Shown one piece after another: positions 23,152-30,733 of a stretch of DNA of 47,191 nucleotides (the stretch's first letter is position 1; each line of letters starts with the position of its first letter). The notes under the pieces are model-generated. The model was not told the DNA's origin. It saw only the letters and a list, made by a program, of their open reading frames with translations, and searched no databases. The translations under genes and the position numbers were made by a program. The stretch is from Eubacteriales bacterium. GTDB lineage: Bacteria > Bacillota > Clostridia > Oscillospirales > CAG-272. The stretch spans positions 1 through 47,191 of the forward strand of contig JAZNNA010000011.1 in assembly GCA_045580065.1 (NCBI GenBank), in the 5' to 3' direction.

Positions 23152-24557
23152 CAGATACTCTCCTTGCACAATCTCTCCCCTACCTCTCTTGCGATGTGCC
23201 ACATCGCCATTTTGTGCGATGCCTTGAACAGCACCGCGCTCCAGTTTTCTTTTTGTCGGCAGATCTCGTTGATCAGATCCTGCTCCTCACCCACGGCATA
23301 GCTTTTAACCGCAGCCTGTGGCATACCGAGTGCAAGTGCCTCAGCGGCGATCAGACGGGCGCACTCGCCGTACGTGATCAGCCTGCAGATCCCGTTTTCC
23401 ATAACTGCCCTGCCCACAGCACGGTGCAGCACCTCGCTATATTTACCAAGCTCCAAAATATCGCCAAGCACAGCAAGCGTTGCTCTTCCCTGTGCCAGGT
23501 GTCGCAGCACCTCAAGGGCAGCGACCGTTGCTTCCGGCGAGGCGTTATAGCTGTCATCCAGCAGCACCCTGCCGCACACTTCAAGCCTTTTCATTCGCGG
23601 CGCTTTTTTTGCCGCGCGCAAAAGCCCTTCCCTGATCTCTTTCTCCTCACGTCCGCAAAGCACGCCGACACCCGCCGAAAGCCCGATGACAGAAAGCCCC
23701 GTGTCGCCCGGCACCGGCCACGAAAGCCCCGATATCACGCGCCCGAGGCCCCTGAGGTCGCAGCTGCTGCCGTCGGCATCTATGCGGATGCCTTCAAGCC
23801 TGAGATCAGCGTTTTTGCCCACGCCAACAGAAAAAACGCGATCACTCGGCAGCGCAAAACGTGTTTTGGCAAAATGGGCGGGCGCAAGAAAGCGCCCACC
23901 CGGCGCAAGCTGCCTTGCAAGCTCCGCTTTCTCGCAGAATATCGTATCAAAGGAGCCAAGCTCCCCAATATGCGCGCTACCCACGTTCGTCAGCACGCCA
24001 AGCGTGGGGCGAAGCGCTGCCGCCATTCTTTCCATTTCCCCCACGTGACTGATGCCAAGCTCCAGCACCCAATAAGGGGCGCGCGGCAGCGACAGGACCG
24101 AAAGCGGCATACCGATCTCGCTATTAAAATTCCCCTTTGATTGCGGCACGTCGCCAAGCACCGCGCCAATTGCCTCTTTCACCGTTGTTTTTCCCGCACT
24201 CCCCGTAACGGCAATCACCTCGCCATCCTGAAGCAAGCGGCGATACGCAGCAGCGGCAAGCAAGGCCTTAACAACATCCGGCACGTAAAAAAAGTAAAAG
24301 CTGCCCCGCAGCCCATTCTGCGGCACCGTATGCAAAAGCGCCGTCGCGCCCCGATCCAACGCCTGCTGCAAATAGCACTCGCCGTGGCTGTACGCCCCCG
24401 GCAGTGCCACAAACAGATCTCCCGGGCAGACCTCACGCGAGTCGGTAGAGATGCCACGGATCTCACGGGGAGGCTCCCCCTGCACGATCTGCCTTGCGCC
24501 AAGTGCCGCAGAAAGCCGCGCGACGCCCCTCAACTCCTGGCACAATTCAATTCTCAT
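23151..24557 (-). CDS. murF: UDP-N-acetylmuramoyl-tripeptide--D-alanyl-D-alanine ligase
   Basis: ORF 23151..24569. The start is either GTG 24569 or, preferred, ATG 24557 (MRIELCQEL...), which overlaps the murE end. It carries the Mur ligase P-loop VTGSAGKTTVKE and DSYNASPEA, and sits at the dcw position. Confidence 0.85.
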   Translation of the reverse strand: MRIELCQELRGVARLSAALGARQIVQGEPPREIRGISTDSREVCPGDLFVALPGAYSHGECYLQQALDRGATALLHTVPQNGLRGSFYFFYVPDVVKALLAAAAYRRLLQDGEVIAVTGSAGKTTVKEAIGAVLGDVPQSKGNFNSEIGMPLSVLSLPRAPYWVLELGISHVGEMERMAAALRPTLGVLTNVGSAHIGELGSFDTIFCEKAELARQLAPGGRFLAPAHFAKTRFALPSDRVFSVGVGKNADLRLEGIRIDADGSSCDLRGLGRVISGLSWPVPGDTGLSVIGLSAGVGVLCGREEKEIREGLLRAAKKAPRMKRLEVCGRVLLDDSYNASPEATVAALEVLRHLAQGRATLAVLGDILELGKYSEVLHRAVGRAVMENGICRLITYGECARLIAAEALALGMPQAAVKSYAVGEEQDLINEICRQKENWSAVLFKASHKMAMWHIAREVGERLCKESI

Positions 24558-26031
24558 AACCCTCGGCACTCAAACGCCGTTGCATACACTCTGCCACGAT
24601 CTCGCGCTCAGAAAACGGCAAGCGCTCGCGCCCTCGTATCTCATATTCCTCATGCCCCTTACCTGCAAGCAGCAGCACGTCGCCGCGTCGCACCTCGCGC
24701 ACAGCATAGGCAATGGCCTCTTTCCTATCCTTTATCACAACGTACGGCTTCTCCTTATCCACACCGCGCAAAATCGCTTCCAGGATCTGCTCGGTCTGCT
24801 CACCTCGGCTGTTATCTGCAGTCAATACCAAAAAGTCCGCCAAGCGTGAAGCAATGCTACCCATCTTTCGTCTTTTGCCACGGTCACGGTCACCGCCGCA
24901 GCCAAATAAAAGCATAATGCGTTGCTGCGACCCGATAAAACCGCGCACCGTTTTTAAAAGCTTTTCCAGGGCATCCGGCGTGTGGGCATAATCAATAAAA
25001 ATTGAAACCTCCAAGGGATTCTCACAAATGCGCTCCATGCGCCCCGGCACTCCCGGAAATCCGGCAAGCGCCAATGCAACCACCTGAGCCTCGACCCCCA
25101 GTGAAAGTGCGGTCATAGCGGCAAGCGCAGCATTTTCTACTGAAAAATCCCCTGGGACGGGTAAAGTTATTTTAATTTTTTCTTTGCCCGCAGCACCTAA
25201 TAAAAATGAAACACCCTCTGCACCGTGCAGCTCGATTTTTTCTACCGTTCTGGGGGATATTTCCATCTGCGGGCAATCCAGCTCTTCGGAAAGCCGTTTG
25301 CCGTAGGGGGTAAAATGCGAAAGGATCGCCATCTCACACCCAGCAAACAGCTTGCGCTTTTGCAGATAGTATTCTTCCATATCCCCGTGCAGATCCAGGT
25401 GATCTGCCGTGAGGTTTGTAAAAATTCCCCGCAGAAAAGAGATGGGGGCAGTCTTATCAAAGTTCAAAGCATGCGAGGTGACCTCCATCACTACGTATTC
25501 TACCCCATTGTCGCGCATTTTAGCAAGCATAGCATACAATTCCACCGGGTCCGGCGTTGTCATATTGGCAAGTGCGTCTGCATTTTTCATTGTTAATTTT
25601 TCGCCGTTGAAAAGGTTGGCAACGGTACCGATCAGCCCCACCTTATGCCCCGCCCTGCAAAGCACGTGATAAAGCATGCTGGCAACTGAGGTCTTACCGT
25701 TTGTGCCGGTCACGCCGATCATTCTCATATCTCTTGCAGGGTGACGGTGCCAGGCGCTGCAGAGCCACGCGAGAGCCAGTCTTGCATTATCAACGCGCAG
25801 ACAATTCTCCCCTTCCAGCTCGCGCTCGCAAACAACAAATGCCGCCCCACGTGAAAGCGCTTCGGCAACGTAGCAGGCACCATCTCTGTGCAAGCCGCGC
25901 AGCGCCACAAAAAGCGATCCTGCGCGCACCAGACGCGAGTCGCACACCACACCTGTGATCTCGCACGCTCGCACCCTTTCTGAGAGCGAGGCCTCTATCC
26001 CTGCCGAATACAACAACTCTCCAAGCTGCAT
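24547..26031 (-). CDS. murE: UDP-N-acetylmuramoyl-L-alanyl-D-glutamate--2,6-diaminopimelate ligase
   Basis: 494 aa. It carries the P-loop VTGTNGKTS, DYAHTPDALEKLL and a C-terminal LTADNSRGE, a variant of the DNPR DAP-recognition motif. Confidence 0.85.
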   Translation of the reverse strand: MQLGELLYSAGIEASLSERVRACEITGVVCDSRLVRAGSLFVALRGLHRDGACYVAEALSRGAAFVVCERELEGENCLRVDNARLALAWLCSAWHRHPARDMRMIGVTGTNGKTSVASMLYHVLCRAGHKVGLIGTVANLFNGEKLTMKNADALANMTTPDPVELYAMLAKMRDNGVEYVVMEVTSHALNFDKTAPISFLRGIFTNLTADHLDLHGDMEEYYLQKRKLFAGCEMAILSHFTPYGKRLSEELDCPQMEISPRTVEKIELHGAEGVSFLLGAAGKEKIKITLPVPGDFSVENAALAAMTALSLGVEAQVVALALAGFPGVPGRMERICENPLEVSIFIDYAHTPDALEKLLKTVRGFIGSQQRIMLLFGCGGDRDRGKRRKMGSIASRLADFLVLTADNSRGEQTEQILEAILRGVDKEKPYVVIKDRKEAIAYAVREVRRGDVLLLAGKGHEEYEIRGRERLPFSEREIVAECMQRRLSAEGYEN

Positions 26032-26041
26032 ACCTATCCCC

Positions 26042-28279
26042 CTATTCCTTCATTTCGTCATATGGAAACCGTAGCTCGATCACGGTGCCGCGTGGCACCT
26101 GTGCACCCGCGGCCGGATGCTGCGACACAACGTTTTTATTGCTTTTCAAATAGTCACGTCCACCGCTTATCGCAACGTTAAAGCCCGCATCCAAAAGCGC
26201 ACGGTTGGCGGCGGCAGCCGTCATTCCCACAAGATCCGGAACTGTCAAAAGCGCCGCCTGCGCCTCTCCCATCATCAGAAGGACGTGTGCGCCCTCGCGC
26301 TGTATATACGCCCCTGCCTGCGGGCTTTGCGAAATAACTTGATCCCCCGTTCCCACGATCTCAAAGGCAAAGCCTGCCTCTGTTAAGTAAAGCGCTGCCT
26401 CATCAACGCTCCAGCCCGTGCAATCCGGTACGTGCAGCTCCAAGCTTTTTTCCTCATCCTCGGTATAAATGGCTTCGATATCCAGATACGGCAGCGCTCC
26501 TTTTAAAAAATTGGCAACGTAAGGAGCGGCTACAACACTGCCGTATTTGCTCCCCTCTGTCGGCTCATCCACCACAATGATCACCGCAATTTCCGGATCG
26601 TCTGCGGGGGCAAAGGCCACACACGAGGAGATGCGTGCATCGCGATCGTCGCCGATCTTTTCCGAGGTCCCGGTCTTGGCTGCCACGCGATATCCTGCAA
26701 CGTATGCATTTTTCGCACCTCCCTCACCGGCAACGCCACCTGCCAAGATCTCGCAGATCTTGCTTGCAGTTTCCTTGCTGATCACCTGACGGCGCACGTT
26801 TCTCTCATGCGTGTAAAGCGTGTTCCCCTCGGCATCAACAATGCTTTCTACAAGATACGGTGTCAGTAAATCACCACCGTTTGCAACCGCTCCAACGGCG
26901 CAAAGCAGCTGTAAAACAGAAATCTTAAAGTTCTGACCAAAGGATGCCGTGGCAAGATCCAGCTCGGTAAAATCAGAGGCAGCGTGAAAGATCGATCCCC
27001 CCTCGCCCGGAAGGTCGATCCCCGTTTTTTCAAGCAAGCCAAAGCTGCGCACGTAGCTGTAAAACGTGTCGCACCCCACACGCGATGCAACGCTCATCAT
27101 CACGGGATTGCAGGAGTTTTGCAGCCCCTCGGTAAAGGTGAGGCTTCCGTGCCCCTTTACCTTATGGCAATGGATGCAGCGATCTGCCACCTGCAGCGAG
27201 CCACCGCAAAAAAATCCCTCCTCCGGGCTGACTACCCCCTCCTCCAACGCCATTGAGCAGGTCAATATCTTAAAGGTTGAGCCCGGGATATAGATCTCGG
27301 TTGCAGCCTTGTTAGACCAGCTCTCAAGCAAAAGCTGATTTTTGGCAGCGCGATATTCCTCGCTTCCCTCGGCAAATCCCATCGCCGCAAGCTCGCGTGC
27401 AGCACTTTCGTTTAAGGTAAAAGGATCGTTCAGGTCAAATGAGGGGCCCGTTGCCATTGCAAGGATCGCCCCGGTCTTAACGTTCATCACCACACCGCAG
27501 GCGCGGTTGGCCGCGCCGGATTCTATCATTGCATTTTCGATCTGCTCCTCAAGCGCAGATTGAATATAGGCATCTATCGTGGTATGCAGGGTGGCGCCAT
27601 CCACGGCCGGAATATAGGCCTCGTAAGCGTTTGGGAGCTCGTTACCCATAGAATCCCGCGCCGTGGTGTAGGATCCGTTTTTCCCCTTCAAATAGCTATC
27701 ATACTGTAACTCAAGGCCATACAAGCCCTGCCCGTCGCTCCCCGTAAAGCCAAGCACGTGCGAGGCAAGCGTTTCGAAGGGATAATACCTGCCGGAAACC
27801 GCCTCTACCGCTACGCAATCTGAAAGCTTTTTATCCTTGATAAAGCGCAAGACTGCCGTAGCAGTCTGCACGTCAACAGCTCTTGCCACGGTACGCTCCA
27901 GCTCCCCCGTATGCGAAAGGTGCTTTTGCACACTCTGAGCGCTGACCCCCTCGATCAGAACAGAAAGCCCGTTTGCGATCTGCTCAACAAGCTCGCTTGA
28001 CTTTTCTTTATCCGAGATCACGTGCGGAAATACCGACACGCGATAAACGGTTTTGTTGCCTGCAAGCACCCTCCCATTTGCATCAAGAATAGCACCTCGT
28101 GCAGCTTGCACGGGAGATTCGGTGGTGAGTTGATCCAGCACCTTTTGCTGATAGCGCTCAAATCGAAAGATCTGGATCCCCAAAATACGCAATATAAGCA
28201 GCGAAAATAAAAGTAAAAGCGCACAAAGCATAATAGCTGAGCGTTTTAAAAGCCTACCAGAGGCAAAAAAACTTGGCAT
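26042..28279 (-). CDS. Class B penicillin-binding protein (FtsI/PBP2B/SpoVD type) with two C-terminal PASTA domains
   Basis: ORF 26042..28357. The preferred start is ATG 28279 (MPSFFASGRLLKRSAIMLCALLLL...). It has an N-terminal TM anchor, the transpeptidase motifs STFK (PGSTFKILT), SCN and KTGT, and two PASTA repeats (HVPDCTGWSVDEA..., TVPDLVGMTAAAA...). Confidence 0.9.
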   Translation of the reverse strand: MPSFFASGRLLKRSAIMLCALLLLFSLLILRILGIQIFRFERYQQKVLDQLTTESPVQAARGAILDANGRVLAGNKTVYRVSVFPHVISDKEKSSELVEQIANGLSVLIEGVSAQSVQKHLSHTGELERTVARAVDVQTATAVLRFIKDKKLSDCVAVEAVSGRYYPFETLASHVLGFTGSDGQGLYGLELQYDSYLKGKNGSYTTARDSMGNELPNAYEAYIPAVDGATLHTTIDAYIQSALEEQIENAMIESGAANRACGVVMNVKTGAILAMATGPSFDLNDPFTLNESAARELAAMGFAEGSEEYRAAKNQLLLESWSNKAATEIYIPGSTFKILTCSMALEEGVVSPEEGFFCGGSLQVADRCIHCHKVKGHGSLTFTEGLQNSCNPVMMSVASRVGCDTFYSYVRSFGLLEKTGIDLPGEGGSIFHAASDFTELDLATASFGQNFKISVLQLLCAVGAVANGGDLLTPYLVESIVDAEGNTLYTHERNVRRQVISKETASKICEILAGGVAGEGGAKNAYVAGYRVAAKTGTSEKIGDDRDARISSCVAFAPADDPEIAVIIVVDEPTEGSKYGSVVAAPYVANFLKGALPYLDIEAIYTEDEEKSLELHVPDCTGWSVDEAALYLTEAGFAFEIVGTGDQVISQSPQAGAYIQREGAHVLLMMGEAQAALLTVPDLVGMTAAAANRALLDAGFNVAISGGRDYLKSNKNVVSQHPAAGAQVPRGTVIELRFPYDEMKE

Positions 28280-28288
28280 GAGATCCCC

Positions 28289-28338
28289 CAAAAAGCAAAA
28301 AATTGGCGGCCTTCGTCCGTTTTGGGACAAAGGCCGCC
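28289..28338 (-). terminator. Terminator-like hairpin plus U-tract between the ftsL-like gene and the PBP gene
   Basis: GGCGGCCTT (28305-13) pairs with AAGGCCGCC (28330-38), and inner GTCC pairs with GGAC. On the minus strand AATTTTTTGCTTTTT follows and runs directly into the GGGGGA RBS and ATG 28279. Confidence 0.5.
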
Positions 28339-28394
28339 ACAGGACACGGCATAACACCGCACCCTATCTTATTCTTTTTTGGCAGGATTTATGC

Positions 28395-29060
28395 TTAGTT
28401 TGCAAGTGCTACCAGCGCGTTCAAAAGCGCCGCAACGGGAGAAAGCTTTTCCTCCTCATCGGTATACACCTCTACAGAATCATCTGCCGCAAAGGAGGAT
28501 CCGTCTACGTTCTCCTCGCCATTTGCAGAGTTATAGCCCTTGGTGGTATCAGCCATCTCAAGTGCAGAAACCTCATTTTCCAGGTCGATGACCTGGGTGC
28601 GAGTGGTTTCAAGCAAAAACGAGGTGGTAAGGATCATACCGATAGAAAGCACAAGCATCAAACCAAACACAACGCGAACAAAGGAGAAACGCGAGCGGGG
28701 CGAATGATGAGCGGCTGCTCTTTTTTGAGCAGAACGGCTCTTTTTATCGGCTGCATTTTCCTGCGGACGCGCGCGCTTCAGCTCGGTATTGCGCTGAGCC
28801 TGCACGATAGAACGGCGCATAGCACCGATACGGTCATGACCATACTTCTGGTTGAAAAAGGCGACAAAATCGCCGGTTGTAATCGTAACACCGCCATCAA
28901 AGGTGTCTTCCATCATAACGACAGTGGTTGCATTGGGCATAGGAGCTCTATCGGCTGCATGGGCAGATGCAGTATGCGATGCGCTCGAATCACGAAACGC
29001 GCCAAATTGGCTAGCGTAATTCTCTTGAAAATAAATTTTTTCGTAGGTTTCGCGGTTCAT
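28395..29060 (-). CDS. FtsL-like bitopic cell-division protein (call is positional), with an extended N-terminal region
   Basis: 221 aa, located between rsmH and the PBP gene. It has a single TM segment (FSFVRVVFGLMLVLSIGMILTTSFLL) followed by a short coiled-coil-like stretch (QVIDLENEVSALE) and an acidic tail. Confidence 0.55.
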   Translation of the reverse strand: MNRETYEKIYFQENYASQFGAFRDSSASHTASAHAADRAPMPNATTVVMMEDTFDGGVTITTGDFVAFFNQKYGHDRIGAMRRSIVQAQRNTELKRARPQENAADKKSRSAQKRAAAHHSPRSRFSFVRVVFGLMLVLSIGMILTTSFLLETTRTQVIDLENEVSALEMADTTKGYNSANGEENVDGSSFAADDSVEVYTDEEEKLSPVAALLNALVALAN

Positions 29061-29095
29061 GCTCAGTCCTCCTTTCTTCTTCTCTCTTCTTCTTT

Positions 29096-30034
29096 TTAAA
29101 TTTTTTCGGCTACGCGGAGCTTTGCGCTTCGCGCTCTGGGATTTTCGTTTAATTCAGCCTCACCGGGCAGGATAGGCTTTTTGCTGATGATCTTAACGCG
29201 CGGCTTTTTTCCGCATACGCAGATCGGCAGGCTTTTGGGGCAGGTGCAACCGCTTGCAAGGCTTGCAAAGGCTTGCTTCACAAGGCGATCCTCAAGCGAA
29301 TGGAAGGTAATGATCGCAATTCTTCCACCCGGATTCATACGGTCAACGGCGGTGTGAATGGCCGGAAGGATCACATCCAACTCGCTGTTTACCTCAATGC
29401 GAATGGCTTGGAAGGAGCGCTTTGCAGGGTGGTGTCCTCCTTCGCGCGCTGCCGCGGGAATTGCAGATTTGATAATGTCAGAAAGCTGACCGGTCGTTTC
29501 GATGGGCGCTTTTTCGCGCTCGGCAACGATGCGGGCTGCAATTCTGGCAGAAAACTTTTCTTCACCGTAGGTGAATAAAATGCGCTTCAGCTCCTCGACA
29601 GAGTAGGTGTTGACCACGTCGCGGGCAGTTTTTGCTGCACGTTGATCCATGCGCATATCCAGCGGCGCATCGCTTTGATAAGCAAATCCGCGCTCTGCCT
29701 CATCTAATTGATGAGAGGAAACGCCAAGATCAAGCAAAAGGCCGTCGATGCGATCTATGCCGCAGCCGTCAAGAACCTCGCCAAGATTAGAAAAGTTGTT
29801 GCGGACGATCCTGGCTCGCTCCCCAAGCGGGGCAAGTCGAGCGCCGGCTGCCTTGATTGCCGCCTCATCCTGGTCAATAGCGATCAGTTGACCACCCTCC
29901 AGGCTTGAAGCGATCGCAAAGGAATGTCCTCCGCCACCGGCTGTTCCGTCTACGTAAATGCCGTCAGGGCGAATGGCAAGTGCCTCAATCGCCTCATCAA
30001 GCAGAACAGAGCGATGTGAAAAGTCGATAGCCAT
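29096..30034 (-). CDS. rsmH: 16S rRNA (cytosine1402-N4)-methyltransferase
   Basis: ORF 29096..30049. The preferred start is ATG 30034 (MAIDFSHRSVLLDEAIEAL), which overlaps the mraZ stop as TGATG. It carries the SAM motif YVDGTAGGGGHS, DLGVSSHQLD and ITFHSLEDRLVK. Confidence 0.9.
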   Translation of the reverse strand: MAIDFSHRSVLLDEAIEALAIRPDGIYVDGTAGGGGHSFAIASSLEGGQLIAIDQDEAAIKAAGARLAPLGERARIVRNNFSNLGEVLDGCGIDRIDGLLLDLGVSSHQLDEAERGFAYQSDAPLDMRMDQRAAKTARDVVNTYSVEELKRILFTYGEEKFSARIAARIVAEREKAPIETTGQLSDIIKSAIPAAAREGGHHPAKRSFQAIRIEVNSELDVILPAIHTAVDRMNPGGRIAIITFHSLEDRLVKQAFASLASGCTCPKSLPICVCGKKPRVKIISKKPILPGEAELNENPRARSAKLRVAEKI

Positions 30035-30480
30035 CAGAGGATACCACACTTTTCGATCTCGTCAGAAAGCTCGTCGGGATCAAAATCAGCATCAAATGCA
30101 TCCAGCTCGGTCTTAGACCAGATCTCGCCAAATTCACCGCAGCCGATAACCATGATCTCTTTGCTTTCCCCTGCTTCAAAGGAAACACCAATGCTTTCCC
30201 AGATCTCTTTGGGAATGCGAACGCGGCCAAGAGAGTCGGGCACAGCTTGCACAGCCTTGCGGTAGTAGGCATATAAAACCTTTTCAAAGGAACCGCGGCT
30301 CAGCTGCCCTTTCAAGGACGCGATGTATTCATCCCATGCAGAGGAGGAGTAGATACGAAGGCAAGATTTTTTTAAGTGGCGAACGATAATGAACTGCTCC
30401 CCCAACTCAGTACGGAACTTGGCAGGAAAGGAAATACGATATTGAGAATCAATCGCCGGGCTATGTTCACCAAACAGCAT
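30034..30480 (-). CDS. mraZ: Transcriptional regulator MraZ
   Basis: 148 aa. The start MLFGEHSPAIDSQYRISFPAKFR is followed by a second SpoVT/AbrB-like repeat (GRVRIPKEIWE). It is the first gene of the dcw cluster. Confidence 0.9.
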   Translation of the reverse strand: MLFGEHSPAIDSQYRISFPAKFRTELGEQFIIVRHLKKSCLRIYSSSAWDEYIASLKGQLSRGSFEKVLYAYYRKAVQAVPDSLGRVRIPKEIWESIGVSFEAGESKEIMVIGCGEFGEIWSKTELDAFDADFDPDELSDEIEKCGIL

Positions 30481-30569
30481 ATCGCGTTTCCTCCTTTCCT
30501 TTCCGTTTATCGGGCTTCAAAAGGCTCACCTAAATTTACCTTTTCTTACCTAAATCTCCCATTAACCCT

Positions 30570-30598
30570 ATTATACTCCCTATTTTTCCCATTGTCAA
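30570..30598 (-). promoter_or_regulatory. Consensus sigma-A promoter of the mraZ/dcw operon
   Basis: Minus strand reads TTGACA (30598-30593), 17-nt spacer, TATAAT (30575-30570). GGG-containing direct repeats overlap the promoter (see findings). Confidence 0.65.
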
Positions 30599-30665
30599 GG
30601 GTTTTTTTGAAAAAATCCGAAATTTTTTAAAGATTTTTGCGGATTTTAAAAAAATAACACGAAAA

Positions 30666-30705
30666 TAAAAAAAACACCCTCCCGGGCAAGTGCCCGGGAG
30701 GGTGT
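30666..30705 (-). terminator. Rho-independent terminator after the LTD protein gene
   Basis: ACACCCTCCCGGGCA / TGCCCGGGAGGGTGT form a 15-bp stem. TTTTTTTT follows on the minus strand. Confidence 0.85.
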
Positions 30706-30733
30706 TTGGATTTACCTTACGGCAAATCTTTTA

